Assembly: GCA_019244055.1 (NCBI GenBank)
Contig: JAFATG010000082.1
Coordinates: 8,885 to 72,884, forward strand
DNA length: 64,000 bases
Reading direction: 5' to 3'
Source of the DNA: Acidobacteriaceae bacterium
GTDB taxonomy: Bacteria; Acidobacteriota; Terriglobia; Bryobacterales; Bryobacteraceae
Part shown: one piece after another, positions 27,548-36,507 of the stretch
How positions within the stretch are numbered: the first letter of the stretch is position 1
How the letters are laid out: each line of letters begins with the position of its first letter
Made by a program: the position numbers and the translations under genes
Notes under the pieces: generated by a model
What the model was told of the DNA's origin: nothing
Databases searched by the model: none
What the model saw: the letters and a program-made list of their open reading frames with translations, nothing else

Positions 27548-27797
27548 GCCGTTCGCGAAGGGTTCCGACCTGCGTATCGAGGTAGGCTAAAGAGCGCTGC
27601 AGAAGCTCCTTATAGCGCGGGTTTGTCGCCGCCGCCAGATCCTGAAGCACGCGCGTGCGGGATAACTCCACGCTCGCTATTTGCTGCTCCAGCTCGTATC
27701 GCTCGCGGCTAATCTGAACCGCCTGGGCCCGCGACTTTCTCTCCTCCGCGGACTCGATCTGCGATTCGACGGCTTTACTCTCCCAGCCGCGTGCCAC
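27522..27797 (-). CDS. Small coiled-coil hypothetical protein (91 aa)
   Basis: GTG start. The sequence MARGWESKAVESQIESAEERKSRAQAVQISRERYELEQQ is strongly helical and charged. Its 3' end overlaps the convergent M16 gene by 26 nt. No family is recognised. Confidence 0.5.
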   Translation of the reverse strand: MARGWESKAVESQIESAEERKSRAQAVQISRERYELEQQIASVELSRTRVLQDLAAATNPRYKELLQRSLAYLDTQVGTLRERLNKPDHHG

Positions 27798-27834
27798 CTT
27801 TCCAGCTTAGCGCCGCGAACATTAGAAATGAGTC

Positions 27835-28416
27835 CTATTGCTTAAACGGACTCGCGCCACCGACATGCTTTGCCGTATCCACTGCAAGTTGCAGGTGCGC
27901 CTGAATGGTCGGCATCCATTTACGAACGAGCTCTTTCAACTGCGGATCGGTTCCGTTCTCGGCTTCCGCCTCGAATGCGGCCAGCATCTGCAGATGCCCG
28001 CCGATTTGCCCCATGATATAGAGCTGGTCGAAGTCGGCCGGCTTAACAGCCTGTAAATGGAGCATCGCGAGCTGATCTGCCGCTGACAGCCGTTCGGAAG
28101 AGGAACTGGTAGGCACATGCTGCAGGACCGGCATCATCTCGTCCATCAGACCCTTATGCTCGGCGATCATCTTGCTTGCAAACCCCTTCACCTCGTTCGC
28201 CGATCCGCGTTGGACAGCCAACTCGGCCATGTCCAGTTCCGCATTGCTTCCTTGAATCGCTACAGCCGCGAACAGGCGGTCCACTTCGGCTGATTCTTGT
28301 TCTTTACCCGGGGCGGGTTGAGCCGCCACCGGCGCGCGATTCTCTTTCATCGGGACCGGAGGTGGCGGGGTACCGGCCTGAGCCAAGAGCGCCAAAATGA
28401 CAACGAGCGAGATCAT
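27835..28416 (-). CDS. DUF4142-domain protein (exported, ferritin-like helical)
   Basis: It has a signal-like N-terminus MISLVVILALLAQAG and a Pro-rich linker. DUF4142-type repeats follow: FAAVAIQGSNAELDMAELAVQRGSANEVKGFASKMIAEHK and FDQLYIMGQIGGHLQMLAAFE. It overlaps the upstream AKR gene by 4 nt. Confidence 0.7.
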   Translation of the reverse strand: MISLVVILALLAQAGTPPPPVPMKENRAPVAAQPAPGKEQESAEVDRLFAAVAIQGSNAELDMAELAVQRGSANEVKGFASKMIAEHKGLMDEMMPVLQHVPTSSSSERLSAADQLAMLHLQAVKPADFDQLYIMGQIGGHLQMLAAFEAEAENGTDPQLKELVRKWMPTIQAHLQLAVDTAKHVGGASPFKQ

Positions 28417-29330
28417 GCGGGCAATTCCTTTGCGCTCGGGAATCCGTGCTGCTCGCGTCCGACTGCGGCATCGTACATCTTCGTCGCCTTGTAGTGCTCC
28501 AGACGCCCATCTCCCGCCATGGCTTTTACGCGGTTCTCCAGAGCCGCCATTTCGGGGCTGCTCATTGGAGTGAAGTCCATAGCGATGGCGAGATTCTGCC
28601 GGAAGACGTCGTAGGAATCCATGCCGCTTACCGTCGACAGTATGCCCGGGACACTCATGGCATAACGCAACAGCTCATCGGGCTTCGCGACGCCGCGCTT
28701 CACCGGTTCACCACCGCCGCCCATCGACTTCATCCCGATCGGCATAATTCCCTGGCGGCGTGCCTCGGGAATGACTAGCTCCTGGAACGAACGGTAGTTC
28801 TTGTCGAAGGGGTTCAGTGGCATCTGTACCGTGTCGAACGGATAGCGGTGCGAAAGCATCTTCAGGTGAATGTCGGGATCTTTGTGCCCCGTGAACCCGA
28901 CGAACCGGACCTTGCCTTGCTGCTTGGCTTGCGTCAGCGCTTCGACTGCTCCATCCGGAGCGAAGTGAAGATCCGGATCGTTGTCGTAGATCACCTCGTG
29001 GATCTGCCACAAATCGAGGTGATCAGTCTGGAGGCGGCGTAGCGAGTCTTCGAGCATCTTCATCGCGACGTCCCGCTTACGGCCGTGCGAACACACCTTA
29101 GTCATCACGAAAGCCTGATCTCGTTTGCCCTTTAATGAGCGGCCAAGGATTTCCTCGCTCATTCCGTCGTGATATTCCCAGGCATTGTCGAAGAAGTTGA
29201 TGCCGTTCTCCAGGGCTTCGGAGACGATGCGGCCTGCTTCCGACTGATCTTTGATATCGCCCAGCGCGGAGCCGCCCACCGCAATAATAGAAACGGAAAC
29301 GGCTTTAAGCTCGCGATGAGGTACGGGCAC
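28413..29330 (-). CDS. Aldo/keto reductase (no signal peptide)
   Basis: Carries AKR motifs GINFFDNAWEYHDGMSEEILG, TDHLDLWQIHEV and VRFVGFTGHKDP. It is a paralog of the adjacent gene. Confidence 0.88.
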   Translation of the reverse strand: MPVPHRELKAVSVSIIAVGGSALGDIKDQSEAGRIVSEALENGINFFDNAWEYHDGMSEEILGRSLKGKRDQAFVMTKVCSHGRKRDVAMKMLEDSLRRLQTDHLDLWQIHEVIYDNDPDLHFAPDGAVEALTQAKQQGKVRFVGFTGHKDPDIHLKMLSHRYPFDTVQMPLNPFDKNYRSFQELVIPEARRQGIMPIGMKSMGGGGEPVKRGVAKPDELLRYAMSVPGILSTVSGMDSYDVFRQNLAIAMDFTPMSSPEMAALENRVKAMAGDGRLEHYKATKMYDAAVGREQHGFPSAKELPA

Positions 29331-29344
29331 AGCTTTTTGTCCTC

Positions 29345-30379
29345 CTATGCGTGCGCCCCGCTCAGCGGTTGCTCATGCATCTGCCGGGTCACGATATCGT
29401 CGTAGCGCAGGGAGGTCTTGTAGATCTCGAACCTGCCGTCGCCTGCGAACGGCTGCACGGCTGCGACAAGTTCTTGCATTTCGGCATGTGCCATTGGTTC
29501 GAAACCCTTCGCAATCGCGAGGTTCTGCCGCAAGACGGCTAGCGATTCCATCCCGGTGATCGTCGTTGTCACTCCCGGAACACTCATCGCGTATCGGAGT
29601 GCCTGCTCGGGAGTCAATTTCACGTCAGCTTTGTGAAACGGGGCCCCATCGCCATTGAGCGGCTTCATGCCCAGTACAGCCATTCCGCGCTTCACTGCCT
29701 CCGGCAAAACAATCTGCTGGAAACTGCGAAACTGCGCATCAAAAGCGTTGATCGGAAACTGCACGGAATCCCACGCATAGCCCAGATCGATCATGCGTTT
29801 GTGAATGCGTGGATCTTTATGGCCTGTAAAGCCGACGTATCGGGCTTTACCCTGCTGTTTTGCGCGATCGAGTGCCTCGATTGCGCCATTCTTCCGGTAC
29901 GCCAGATCAGGATCATTGTCGTAGACCACTGCATGGATCTGCCATAAATCGAGATGATCCGTTCCCAGCCGGCCGAGTGATTCCTCCAGCATCTGCATCG
30001 CAACGGAAGCATCCCGCCCATGTGTGCAGACTTTCGTCATCAGAAACACTTTGTCTCTATAACCACCTGCCAGCGCCTTTCCCATCCACTCTTCGGATCG
30101 GTGGTCGTTGTACTCCCAGGCGTTATCGCAGAAGTTAATGCCGTTGTCGACGGCCTCATGCACAATCGAGATTGCATCCTGAACCGTCGATGCAGTCCCC
30201 AGATGATGGCCGCCGATTCCTAAGACCGAGACCTCGTCCGAGTGTCGGCCAAACTTGCGGCGCGGTATGGGGGTGGTCTGCGCCCCAGCCACTCCCGCTA
30301 GTCCGGCCGATACCGCGACTGCGCCTTCAAGAAATCCTCTGCGCGACAAGCCCTTTTCCGGCATACGGTTTTCAGTCAA
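29345..30379 (-). CDS. Aldo/keto reductase with an N-terminal twin-arginine (Tat) signal
   Basis: The N-terminus MPEKGLSRRGFLEGAVAVSAGLAGVAGAQT contains the S-R-R-x-F-L Tat consensus. The AKR core follows: GINFCDNAWEYNDHRSEEWMG, TDHLDLWQIHAV, ARYVGFTGHKDP. The track start is TTG 30379; ATG 30364 is also possible. Confidence 0.85.
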   Translation of the reverse strand: MTENRMPEKGLSRRGFLEGAVAVSAGLAGVAGAQTTPIPRRKFGRHSDEVSVLGIGGHHLGTASTVQDAISIVHEAVDNGINFCDNAWEYNDHRSEEWMGKALAGGYRDKVFLMTKVCTHGRDASVAMQMLEESLGRLGTDHLDLWQIHAVVYDNDPDLAYRKNGAIEALDRAKQQGKARYVGFTGHKDPRIHKRMIDLGYAWDSVQFPINAFDAQFRSFQQIVLPEAVKRGMAVLGMKPLNGDGAPFHKADVKLTPEQALRYAMSVPGVTTTITGMESLAVLRQNLAIAKGFEPMAHAEMQELVAAVQPFAGDGRFEIYKTSLRYDDIVTRQMHEQPLSGAHA

Positions 30380-30491
30380 CCGTCAGACTGATAAAGGTAC
30401 AGCTCTAACTCACGAGGAGAAATACTGGCGAGTTGATCGCTTGGCGAGTCCAGACCGCGTCGGCAACCGGCGGAGATCGCCGAGAGGATCA

Positions 30492-31529
30492 CTACGATCC
30501 CGTGAGCAGCGCCTCCAATTTTTTCAGCTTCGGCTGCTCGCCCACTACGATCAGGAAGTCTCCGGCTTTCACCGTCGTTTCGGGTGGAGGATTGAAGAGC
30601 ATCTGACCCTCGGCTTTCCGGATTGCAAGCACGATTGCTCCTAGATCACTCCGGCTCTGAATGTCTCTCAGTGTCCGCGGAACGAATGGCCCGGTATCTG
30701 CAACTTGCACCTGCTCCATCATGATCCTCGCGTCCACATTGGTGGTCGAAAAATCCAGAAACTCGACTACGTGTGGGCGGACGAGCGCATGAGCCAGGCG
30801 TTGGCCGGCCATAGTGTAGGGCGCGAATACCGTATCGGCCCCCGCGCGCCGAAGCTTTTCTCCTGCTTCTTCTTCGGAAGCTCGCGTCACCACCGTCAGT
30901 TTGGGATTAAGAGTTTTCGCAGAAAGAATGATGAATAGATTCTCGGCATCGCTCGGAAGGGCGGCGATGAGACCGCGGGCGCGAAGCACGCCCACATCGC
31001 GCAAACTCTCATCGTGCGTAGCATCCGAGACAACCGCAAGCATGCCCGCGCGCATCGCTCGTTCCGCGCGCTCTTCGTTACGGTCGACCACAATGAAGGG
31101 CGCATTGGCGCGCTGCAGTTCAAAGGAAGCGTTGCGGCCGACGCGACCGAAGCCGCAGACGATGTAGTGGTTCTTAAGCTCTGCGATCATGTGCTTCCTC
31201 TTGCGTTTGCCATATCGGTCCTGCAACTCCAATTGAATAATGGTCTGCGTCATGGCGCCCACAGCGAAGAACATCGCGGTAACGCCGAAGAAAATGATAA
31301 AGGAGTTGAAGATTCTCCCGGCTTGGGTGAGCGGCCTAATCTCCTGATAACCGACTGTTGTAATCGTAATCAAAGTCATGTAGAAGGCATCGAACAGCGA
31401 GTATCCGATGATCCGGAAACCGATTGTCCCGATGAGCAGGACTAGCGCGATCAACCCGCAAATAATGAGAACCCGATTTACCAGCCGGTCGCGGCGGCTC
31501 CAGCTCCGCAAAACAGTGTGTCCTTCCAT
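30492..31529 (-). CDS. 2TM potassium-channel-family protein with RCK (TrkA-N/TrkA-C) domains; non-canonical filter TVGYQ
   Basis: Two TM helices flank a pore helix and filter FDAFYMTLITITTVGYQEI. This was confirmed on the DNA: ACA GTC GGT TAT CAG GAG at 31341-31358 on the minus strand. The Rossmann motif YIVCGFGRVGRN and a C-terminal TrkA-C-like domain follow. Confidence 0.85.
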   Translation of the reverse strand: MEGHTVLRSWSRRDRLVNRVLIICGLIALVLLIGTIGFRIIGYSLFDAFYMTLITITTVGYQEIRPLTQAGRIFNSFIIFFGVTAMFFAVGAMTQTIIQLELQDRYGKRKRKHMIAELKNHYIVCGFGRVGRNASFELQRANAPFIVVDRNEERAERAMRAGMLAVVSDATHDESLRDVGVLRARGLIAALPSDAENLFIILSAKTLNPKLTVVTRASEEEAGEKLRRAGADTVFAPYTMAGQRLAHALVRPHVVEFLDFSTTNVDARIMMEQVQVADTGPFVPRTLRDIQSRSDLGAIVLAIRKAEGQMLFNPPPETTVKAGDFLIVVGEQPKLKKLEALLTGS

Positions 31530-31603
31530 ACCCCGGATATGTGTTACTCTAAAAAGGTAAAAAATCGAGATTAAGGTAAAGACGAGGAGTATCGTTTTCT
31601 AGC

Positions 31604-31873
31604 ATGGCCCTGGCGGTTGAACAGAAGTCTCAAATGATTCAAAAGTACCGAATCCATAAACAGGATTCGGGATCGCCGGAGGTTCAGGTTGCCCTTCTGA
31701 GTCAGCGTATCTCGCAGTTGACTGAGCACTTCAAGACGCACCAAAAAGACCACCACTCTCGCCGAGGGTTGCTGAGTATGGTGGCGCGGCGTCGCAAGCT
31801 GCTCAATTATCTGAAAGATCGCAGTCCAGAACGCTATAAGACTCTGATTCAGAGTCTCGGTATCCGCCGCTAG
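31604..31873 (+). CDS. rpsO: 30S ribosomal protein S15
   Basis: 89 aa, containing [47 protein letters not shown]. It sits directly upstream of pnp, as in most bacteria. Confidence 0.95.
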   Translation: MALAVEQKSQMIQKYRIHKQDSGSPEVQVALLSQRISQLTEHFKTHQKDHHSRRGLLSMVARRRKLLNYLKDRSPERYKTLIQSLGIRR

Positions 31874-32009
31874 ATCGGTTCTCAGGCAGGCGTGGGCCAG
31901 ATTCCCTGTTATCAGCGAACTCAGCGTAGCAACCCGCGTTCCCCACTTCGCTAAGTGGCCATCCTTCCGCTTCCAGCTCTAAGTCCTCACTTAATCCTGA
32001 ACTTGGTCC

Positions 32010-32029
32010 GCACGTTCTCTGGAACGTGC
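32010..32029 (+). promoter_or_regulatory. Hairpin in the rpsO-pnp intergenic leader
   Basis: Perfect 8-bp stem gcacgttc / gaacgtgc with loop tctg, 41 nt upstream of the pnp ATG. No T-tract follows. A second 6-bp hairpin (ccactt cgct aagtgg) lies at 31943-31958. Confidence 0.4.
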
Positions 32030-32070
32030 ATGTTGAACACGCAGATGTGGATCACGCATCGGGAAAGTAA

Positions 32071-34185
32071 ATGTCACACACAGTAGAAATCGACCTTTAT
32101 GGGTCAAAGGTCTCGATCGAGACCGGTAAAGTTGCCAAACAGGCCAATGGGTCTGTAATTGTTCGTTCCGGCGATTCGGTGCTCCTGGTCACCGCCTGCG
32201 CCGCCGAGAAGCCCAAGGCCGGCGCCAGCTTCTTTCCCCTCACCGTTGATTATCGTGAGTACACGTACGCTGCGGGCAAATTTCCGGGGGGATTCATCAA
32301 GCGCGAAGGCCGGCCATCGGAAAAGGAGATTCTCACCAGCCGCTTGATTGACCGTCCTGTCCGGCCGCTGTTTCCGGAAGGCTTTAACTGCGAAACGCAG
32401 ATCATCGCCATGGTGCTCTCGGCCGATCCGCAGCGCGATCCCTCGGTTCTCGCGATTATAGGCGCCGGGGCCGCTCTCGCTATCTCGGATATCCCGTTCC
32501 ATCACGTGCTCGGTGGGGTCAGGGTGGGCTTGATCGGCGGGACCTACCGCGCTAATCCCAGCTACGACGAGACGAAAGATGCCAAGCTGAGCATCGTCGT
32601 CGCGGGCACTGAATCCGGCATCGTGATGGTCGAGGCCGGAGCCACGGAAGCGACCGAAGCCGAGGTTGTTGACGCAATCGAGTTCGGCCATGACTGCTGC
32701 AAGAAGATCGCTGCCGGCATTCGCGAGCTGGTGAAGGCTGTCGGTAAGGCCAAGCGGGAATTCACTTCTCCTGAAATCAACCAGGAAATGCTCAACAAGA
32801 TCTCGGATGCCGTTCGCGTCGAGCTAAGCGATGCCCTGAATACCGAGAAATACGGCAAGATCGAAAGCTATAGCCGGGTGGAGGAGGCCAAGCAGAAATC
32901 CATCGGGCTGTTCAGTGACGAAGCTGAACTAGCCGATGCCGCCAAGACATTCGACCATTTGAAAGAGCGCATTTTCCGTGACGAGATGCTGAAAGACCGT
33001 CGCCGTCCCGATGGCCGCGCCTTCGATCAGATCCGCCCCATAACCTGCGAAATCGGAGTTCTGCCGCGAACCCACGGTTCCGCGATATTTACTCGCGGCG
33101 AAACGCAAGCCTTGGTAACCACCACTCTCGGAACGAAGGACGATGAGCAGCGCATCGAGCTATTCGATCTCAGCGAAACCTCCAAACGTTTCATGCTCCA
33201 CTACAACTTTCCGCCATTCAGCGTTGGAGAGGTTGGGTTTATGCGCGGTCCCGGCCGTCGCGAAATCGGGCACGGAGCGTTGGCTGAGCGTGCGCTTGCG
33301 CCGGTCATTCCAGACGAAAAGGCTTTTCCATACACTCTGCGCGTGGTTAGCGACATCCTCGAATCGAACGGTTCGAGCTCGATGGCCAGTGTTTGCGGCG
33401 GTACTTTATCGCTGATGGACGCCGGTGTTCCCGTCGCCGCTCCGGTGGCCGGCATCGCCATGGGCTTGGTGCTTGAGGGCGATAACCACGCAGTCTTGAC
33501 CGACATCGCCGGCGCCGAAGATCACTACGGCGACATGGATTTCAAGGTAGCGGGGACCAAGGCCGGCATCACCGCTCTGCAAATGGACATCAAGGTTCCC
33601 AATGTGACGACCAAAGTCATGGCCGAAGCGTTGGAACAGGCGCGCCGCGGACGTCTGGAGATCCTCGGCAAAATGCTCGCGACGATCGCCGAACCGCGTG
33701 CGCAGCTTTCTCAATACGCTCCTCGCATCTACACGACCAAGATCCCGACCGACAAGATCCGTGAGCTGATCGGCCCCGGAGGAAAGGTCATCAAGGGAAT
33801 CATCGATCAGACCGGTGTCAAAATCGACGTTTCCGACGACGGAACGGTCAACATCTTCGCTTCCGACGGCCAATCGGCGAACCGCGCCATGCAGATGGTC
33901 AGCGATATTGCCGCCGTGGCCGAAGTGGGCAAGACCTATCTCGGCAAGGTGGTTCGCATCGCCGATTTCGGAGCCTTCGTTGAAATCTTCCCTGGCACTG
34001 ACGGCCTTCTGCACATCAGTGAAATCTCCGAAAGCCGCATCAAGAATGTTCGCGACGAACTGAAGGAGGGCGATCAGATCCTAGTCAAGGTTCTCGCGCT
34101 CGAAGGGAATAAGATCAAGCTCAGCCGCAAGGCCATTTTGAAGGAGCAGCGCGAAAAGCTGAAGGCGAGCGCGGAAAAAGAGTAG
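32071..34185 (+). CDS. pnp: Polyribonucleotide nucleotidyltransferase (PNPase)
   Basis: 704 aa. Two RNase PH-like domains are present (FPLTVDYREYTYAAGKFPGGFIKREGRPSEKEILTSRLIDRPVRPLF and SNGSSSMASVCGGTLSLMDAGVP). A KH domain and an S1 domain (GKVVRIADFGAFVEIFPGTDGLLHISE) follow. Confidence 0.96.
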   Translation: MSHTVEIDLYGSKVSIETGKVAKQANGSVIVRSGDSVLLVTACAAEKPKAGASFFPLTVDYREYTYAAGKFPGGFIKREGRPSEKEILTSRLIDRPVRPLFPEGFNCETQIIAMVLSADPQRDPSVLAIIGAGAALAISDIPFHHVLGGVRVGLIGGTYRANPSYDETKDAKLSIVVAGTESGIVMVEAGATEATEAEVVDAIEFGHDCCKKIAAGIRELVKAVGKAKREFTSPEINQEMLNKISDAVRVELSDALNTEKYGKIESYSRVEEAKQKSIGLFSDEAELADAAKTFDHLKERIFRDEMLKDRRRPDGRAFDQIRPITCEIGVLPRTHGSAIFTRGETQALVTTTLGTKDDEQRIELFDLSETSKRFMLHYNFPPFSVGEVGFMRGPGRREIGHGALAERALAPVIPDEKAFPYTLRVVSDILESNGSSSMASVCGGTLSLMDAGVPVAAPVAGIAMGLVLEGDNHAVLTDIAGAEDHYGDMDFKVAGTKAGITALQMDIKVPNVTTKVMAEALEQARRGRLEILGKMLATIAEPRAQLSQYAPRIYTTKIPTDKIRELIGPGGKVIKGIIDQTGVKIDVSDDGTVNIFASDGQSANRAMQMVSDIAAVAEVGKTYLGKVVRIADFGAFVEIFPGTDGLLHISEISESRIKNVRDELKEGDQILVKVLALEGNKIKLSRKAILKEQREKLKASAEKE

Positions 34186-34215
34186 CGCCGCTGGAACACC
34201 GGTTGTCGCTCATCA

Positions 34216-36504
34216 ATGATCAGGCAACCTAGCTGGCCGACGGTCGGCGTCAGTCTAATTCTGACGGCGATGTTGGCCCACGCTGCCAGCCCGAAAACTG
34301 AGTTCCCCCAGACTCGTACTTCGATCGCCGTTAACCGTGGGTTCTGTGCCGGTGGGGCGTTTCCTGCCACCAAGTGGCCCGGAGGCGAACCGCCCGGTAT
34401 TCAAACTTGGGGCTCGTACTGCCAGGACCGCGAGCAAACTACCGGTTCGCTCCAAACCCGAGTGTTTCAAGCTCCTGCCGTTCTGCGGCTGTATCTGGCC
34501 GGTTATCTATCCAAACCTGATCTTCGCTTATCGCTCAACCGGATTTCGGATAACGCAGAGCTGCTTATCCGGCCCGTTCGCGACGCCCATGAAACCTGGG
34601 TTCTTCATGAATTCCCGTTGCCATCTTCCTGGATAGGCTCACAAGTCCGGCTCAAGGCGACCGATAACGCTCAGCGACCAGGAGGGTGGTTTGCGTTTAG
34701 TGAACTCGTAACTGCGAATAAGGACGCGGGCGGTCGCGACGCATTGAACCTTCTGCTCCGCACGCTAGTTAACTTCATTGTTCTCTTTCTACCGTGTTTT
34801 GCCGTCTGTGCGGCGGTATTGCGCCGCAGGGCGCGCAACCTTGTCCTCCTCGGGCTGGTCGCTCTCTCTACAACCGGCGCTTCCGGTTACCTGATTTTCT
34901 GGCTGTACTTCTTGAGCCCGTGGACTGGTCACGCGCTAGCATTCTTGATTCCTGTCCTGTCACTTGCCTATCTCGTTTGGGCCTGGATAGGGCTACTGCC
35001 CCAATCGCGCTCTTTGTTGCGCAAGCTCCTCGTTCCGGTGAGTCTCACGGGTGCTGCCGCATTGGTCGTCCTCTCCGCGGGCTTTCTGTACGGCGGTGTT
35101 CAAGATCCGTTGTTTACAGGCTCAGTTCGGTTTTCCCACCCTCTCCCGCCCGACAATTCTCTTCCCTATCTGCTCGCAGAAGACCTGCGGCTAGGTTCCG
35201 TTCCCAAACCATTCTTCATAGATTGGCTTTCGAGCGATCGTCCTCCGCTGCAAGCGGGCATTGCGCTCGCTCAATCACCCTTTTCGCCGAAGCCTCGCGA
35301 TTTTGGCTACACCGTCGTTTCCGTCATCGCGCAAAGTTTATGGATATTCGCTCTGTGGCTGCTGCTTGCTACAGCGCGAATAAATCAGCGTGCCGTTGCT
35401 CTAGCGCTCCTTACTTGTCTTCTAACTGGCTTTGTGTTCGTGAACAGCTTCTTTGTCTGGCCGAAGCTGTTGGCCGCAGCTTACACTCTGGGCTTATTAG
35501 CGGCCTTGGCCCAAGCGCTCATCGGGCCGCATTCCCGTGATAAGACACTTCTCTCGGTTGTAGCCGCCTCTTTACTTGCCTGGACCTTGCTTTCACACGG
35601 AGGAAGCGCCTTTGCCGTGATCGGGATCGCGATCGTCTCACTTTTTCTGATCAGGCGCGTATCGCCCAAGCGCCTCGCTGCTGTGCTCGGCCTGGCATTC
35701 GTCTTGTACTTGCCGTGGATGAGCTACCAAGAATTTTTCGATCCGCCCGGCAATCGCACCCTGAAGTATCACCTCGCCGGCGTCGAATCTGTCGACCCGC
35801 GCCCTTTCGGGGAAACTCTCGTCAGCGCTTACCGCCAGTTGAGCCTTAAGCAAGTTGTCGACAACAAGCTCTCCAATTTCGATGTCGCCGCCGTTGACGG
35901 GTTCGATTTCTGCACGCAAATACCGCGACTTCTCAAAAGCCTGATCGCCGAAGGCCCCGAATCGCCCAGCGCGGTTCGGCTCGCCGGGCAAATGCGAGGG
36001 CAGGCATTCTTTCTGCTGTGGGCGTGCCTCGGCTTCCTGATCGTCGGGCCATTTCTGCTTTTCGCCGGCATCGCGCGCAAGTTCCGCACTCGTGAATGGA
36101 ACGCAGCGCTGCTGTTTTGGAACGTGATCGCCGTCTCGATCCTCATTTGGTGCCTGCTCATGTTTGGCCCTGCAAAAACCGTTCTGCACCAGGGAACCTA
36201 TGCGACAGTGCTGCTTGCTCTTTCCGGATCGGTGCTCGCCTGTTGGGCAGCGAATGCGGCGCTCGCGTATGTGGTCTGCGGGCTTCAAATAGTGTTGAAC
36301 GTCGTCCTTTATGTGGTGCTCATGCGAGGCGCGGCAAACGACGTTCCGTTGGCCGAAGGATACTTTCGTCCGTGGATGCTCATCCTCTCGCTGCTGTCTT
36401 TGGCAATGGTCTTTTGGCTGATTACTGTTCTGGCTCGCCGCGAAGAAATCGTTGGCTCCAAACCTCTTGAAGCAGAGAATCTTGCGATTCCGGTGGAGCG
36501 CTGA
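34216..36504 (+). CDS. Large polytopic membrane protein (762 aa) with an N-terminal extracytoplasmic domain; function unknown, possibly GT-C-like
   Basis: A signal or TM1 segment (VGVSLILTAMLAHAAS) is followed by an approximately 170-aa non-TM domain and then more than 12 hydrophobic segments. A loop motif DWLSSDRPPLQAGIAL is present. The gene starts 30 nt after the pnp stop with no intervening hairpin. Confidence 0.65.
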   Translation: MIRQPSWPTVGVSLILTAMLAHAASPKTEFPQTRTSIAVNRGFCAGGAFPATKWPGGEPPGIQTWGSYCQDREQTTGSLQTRVFQAPAVLRLYLAGYLSKPDLRLSLNRISDNAELLIRPVRDAHETWVLHEFPLPSSWIGSQVRLKATDNAQRPGGWFAFSELVTANKDAGGRDALNLLLRTLVNFIVLFLPCFAVCAAVLRRRARNLVLLGLVALSTTGASGYLIFWLYFLSPWTGHALAFLIPVLSLAYLVWAWIGLLPQSRSLLRKLLVPVSLTGAAALVVLSAGFLYGGVQDPLFTGSVRFSHPLPPDNSLPYLLAEDLRLGSVPKPFFIDWLSSDRPPLQAGIALAQSPFSPKPRDFGYTVVSVIAQSLWIFALWLLLATARINQRAVALALLTCLLTGFVFVNSFFVWPKLLAAAYTLGLLAALAQALIGPHSRDKTLLSVVAASLLAWTLLSHGGSAFAVIGIAIVSLFLIRRVSPKRLAAVLGLAFVLYLPWMSYQEFFDPPGNRTLKYHLAGVESVDPRPFGETLVSAYRQLSLKQVVDNKLSNFDVAAVDGFDFCTQIPRLLKSLIAEGPESPSAVRLAGQMRGQAFFLLWACLGFLIVGPFLLFAGIARKFRTREWNAALLFWNVIAVSILIWCLLMFGPAKTVLHQGTYATVLLALSGSVLACWAANAALAYVVCGLQIVLNVVLYVVLMRGAANDVPLAEGYFRPWMLILSLLSLAMVFWLITVLARREEIVGSKPLEAENLAIPVER

Positions 36505-36507
36505 GGG

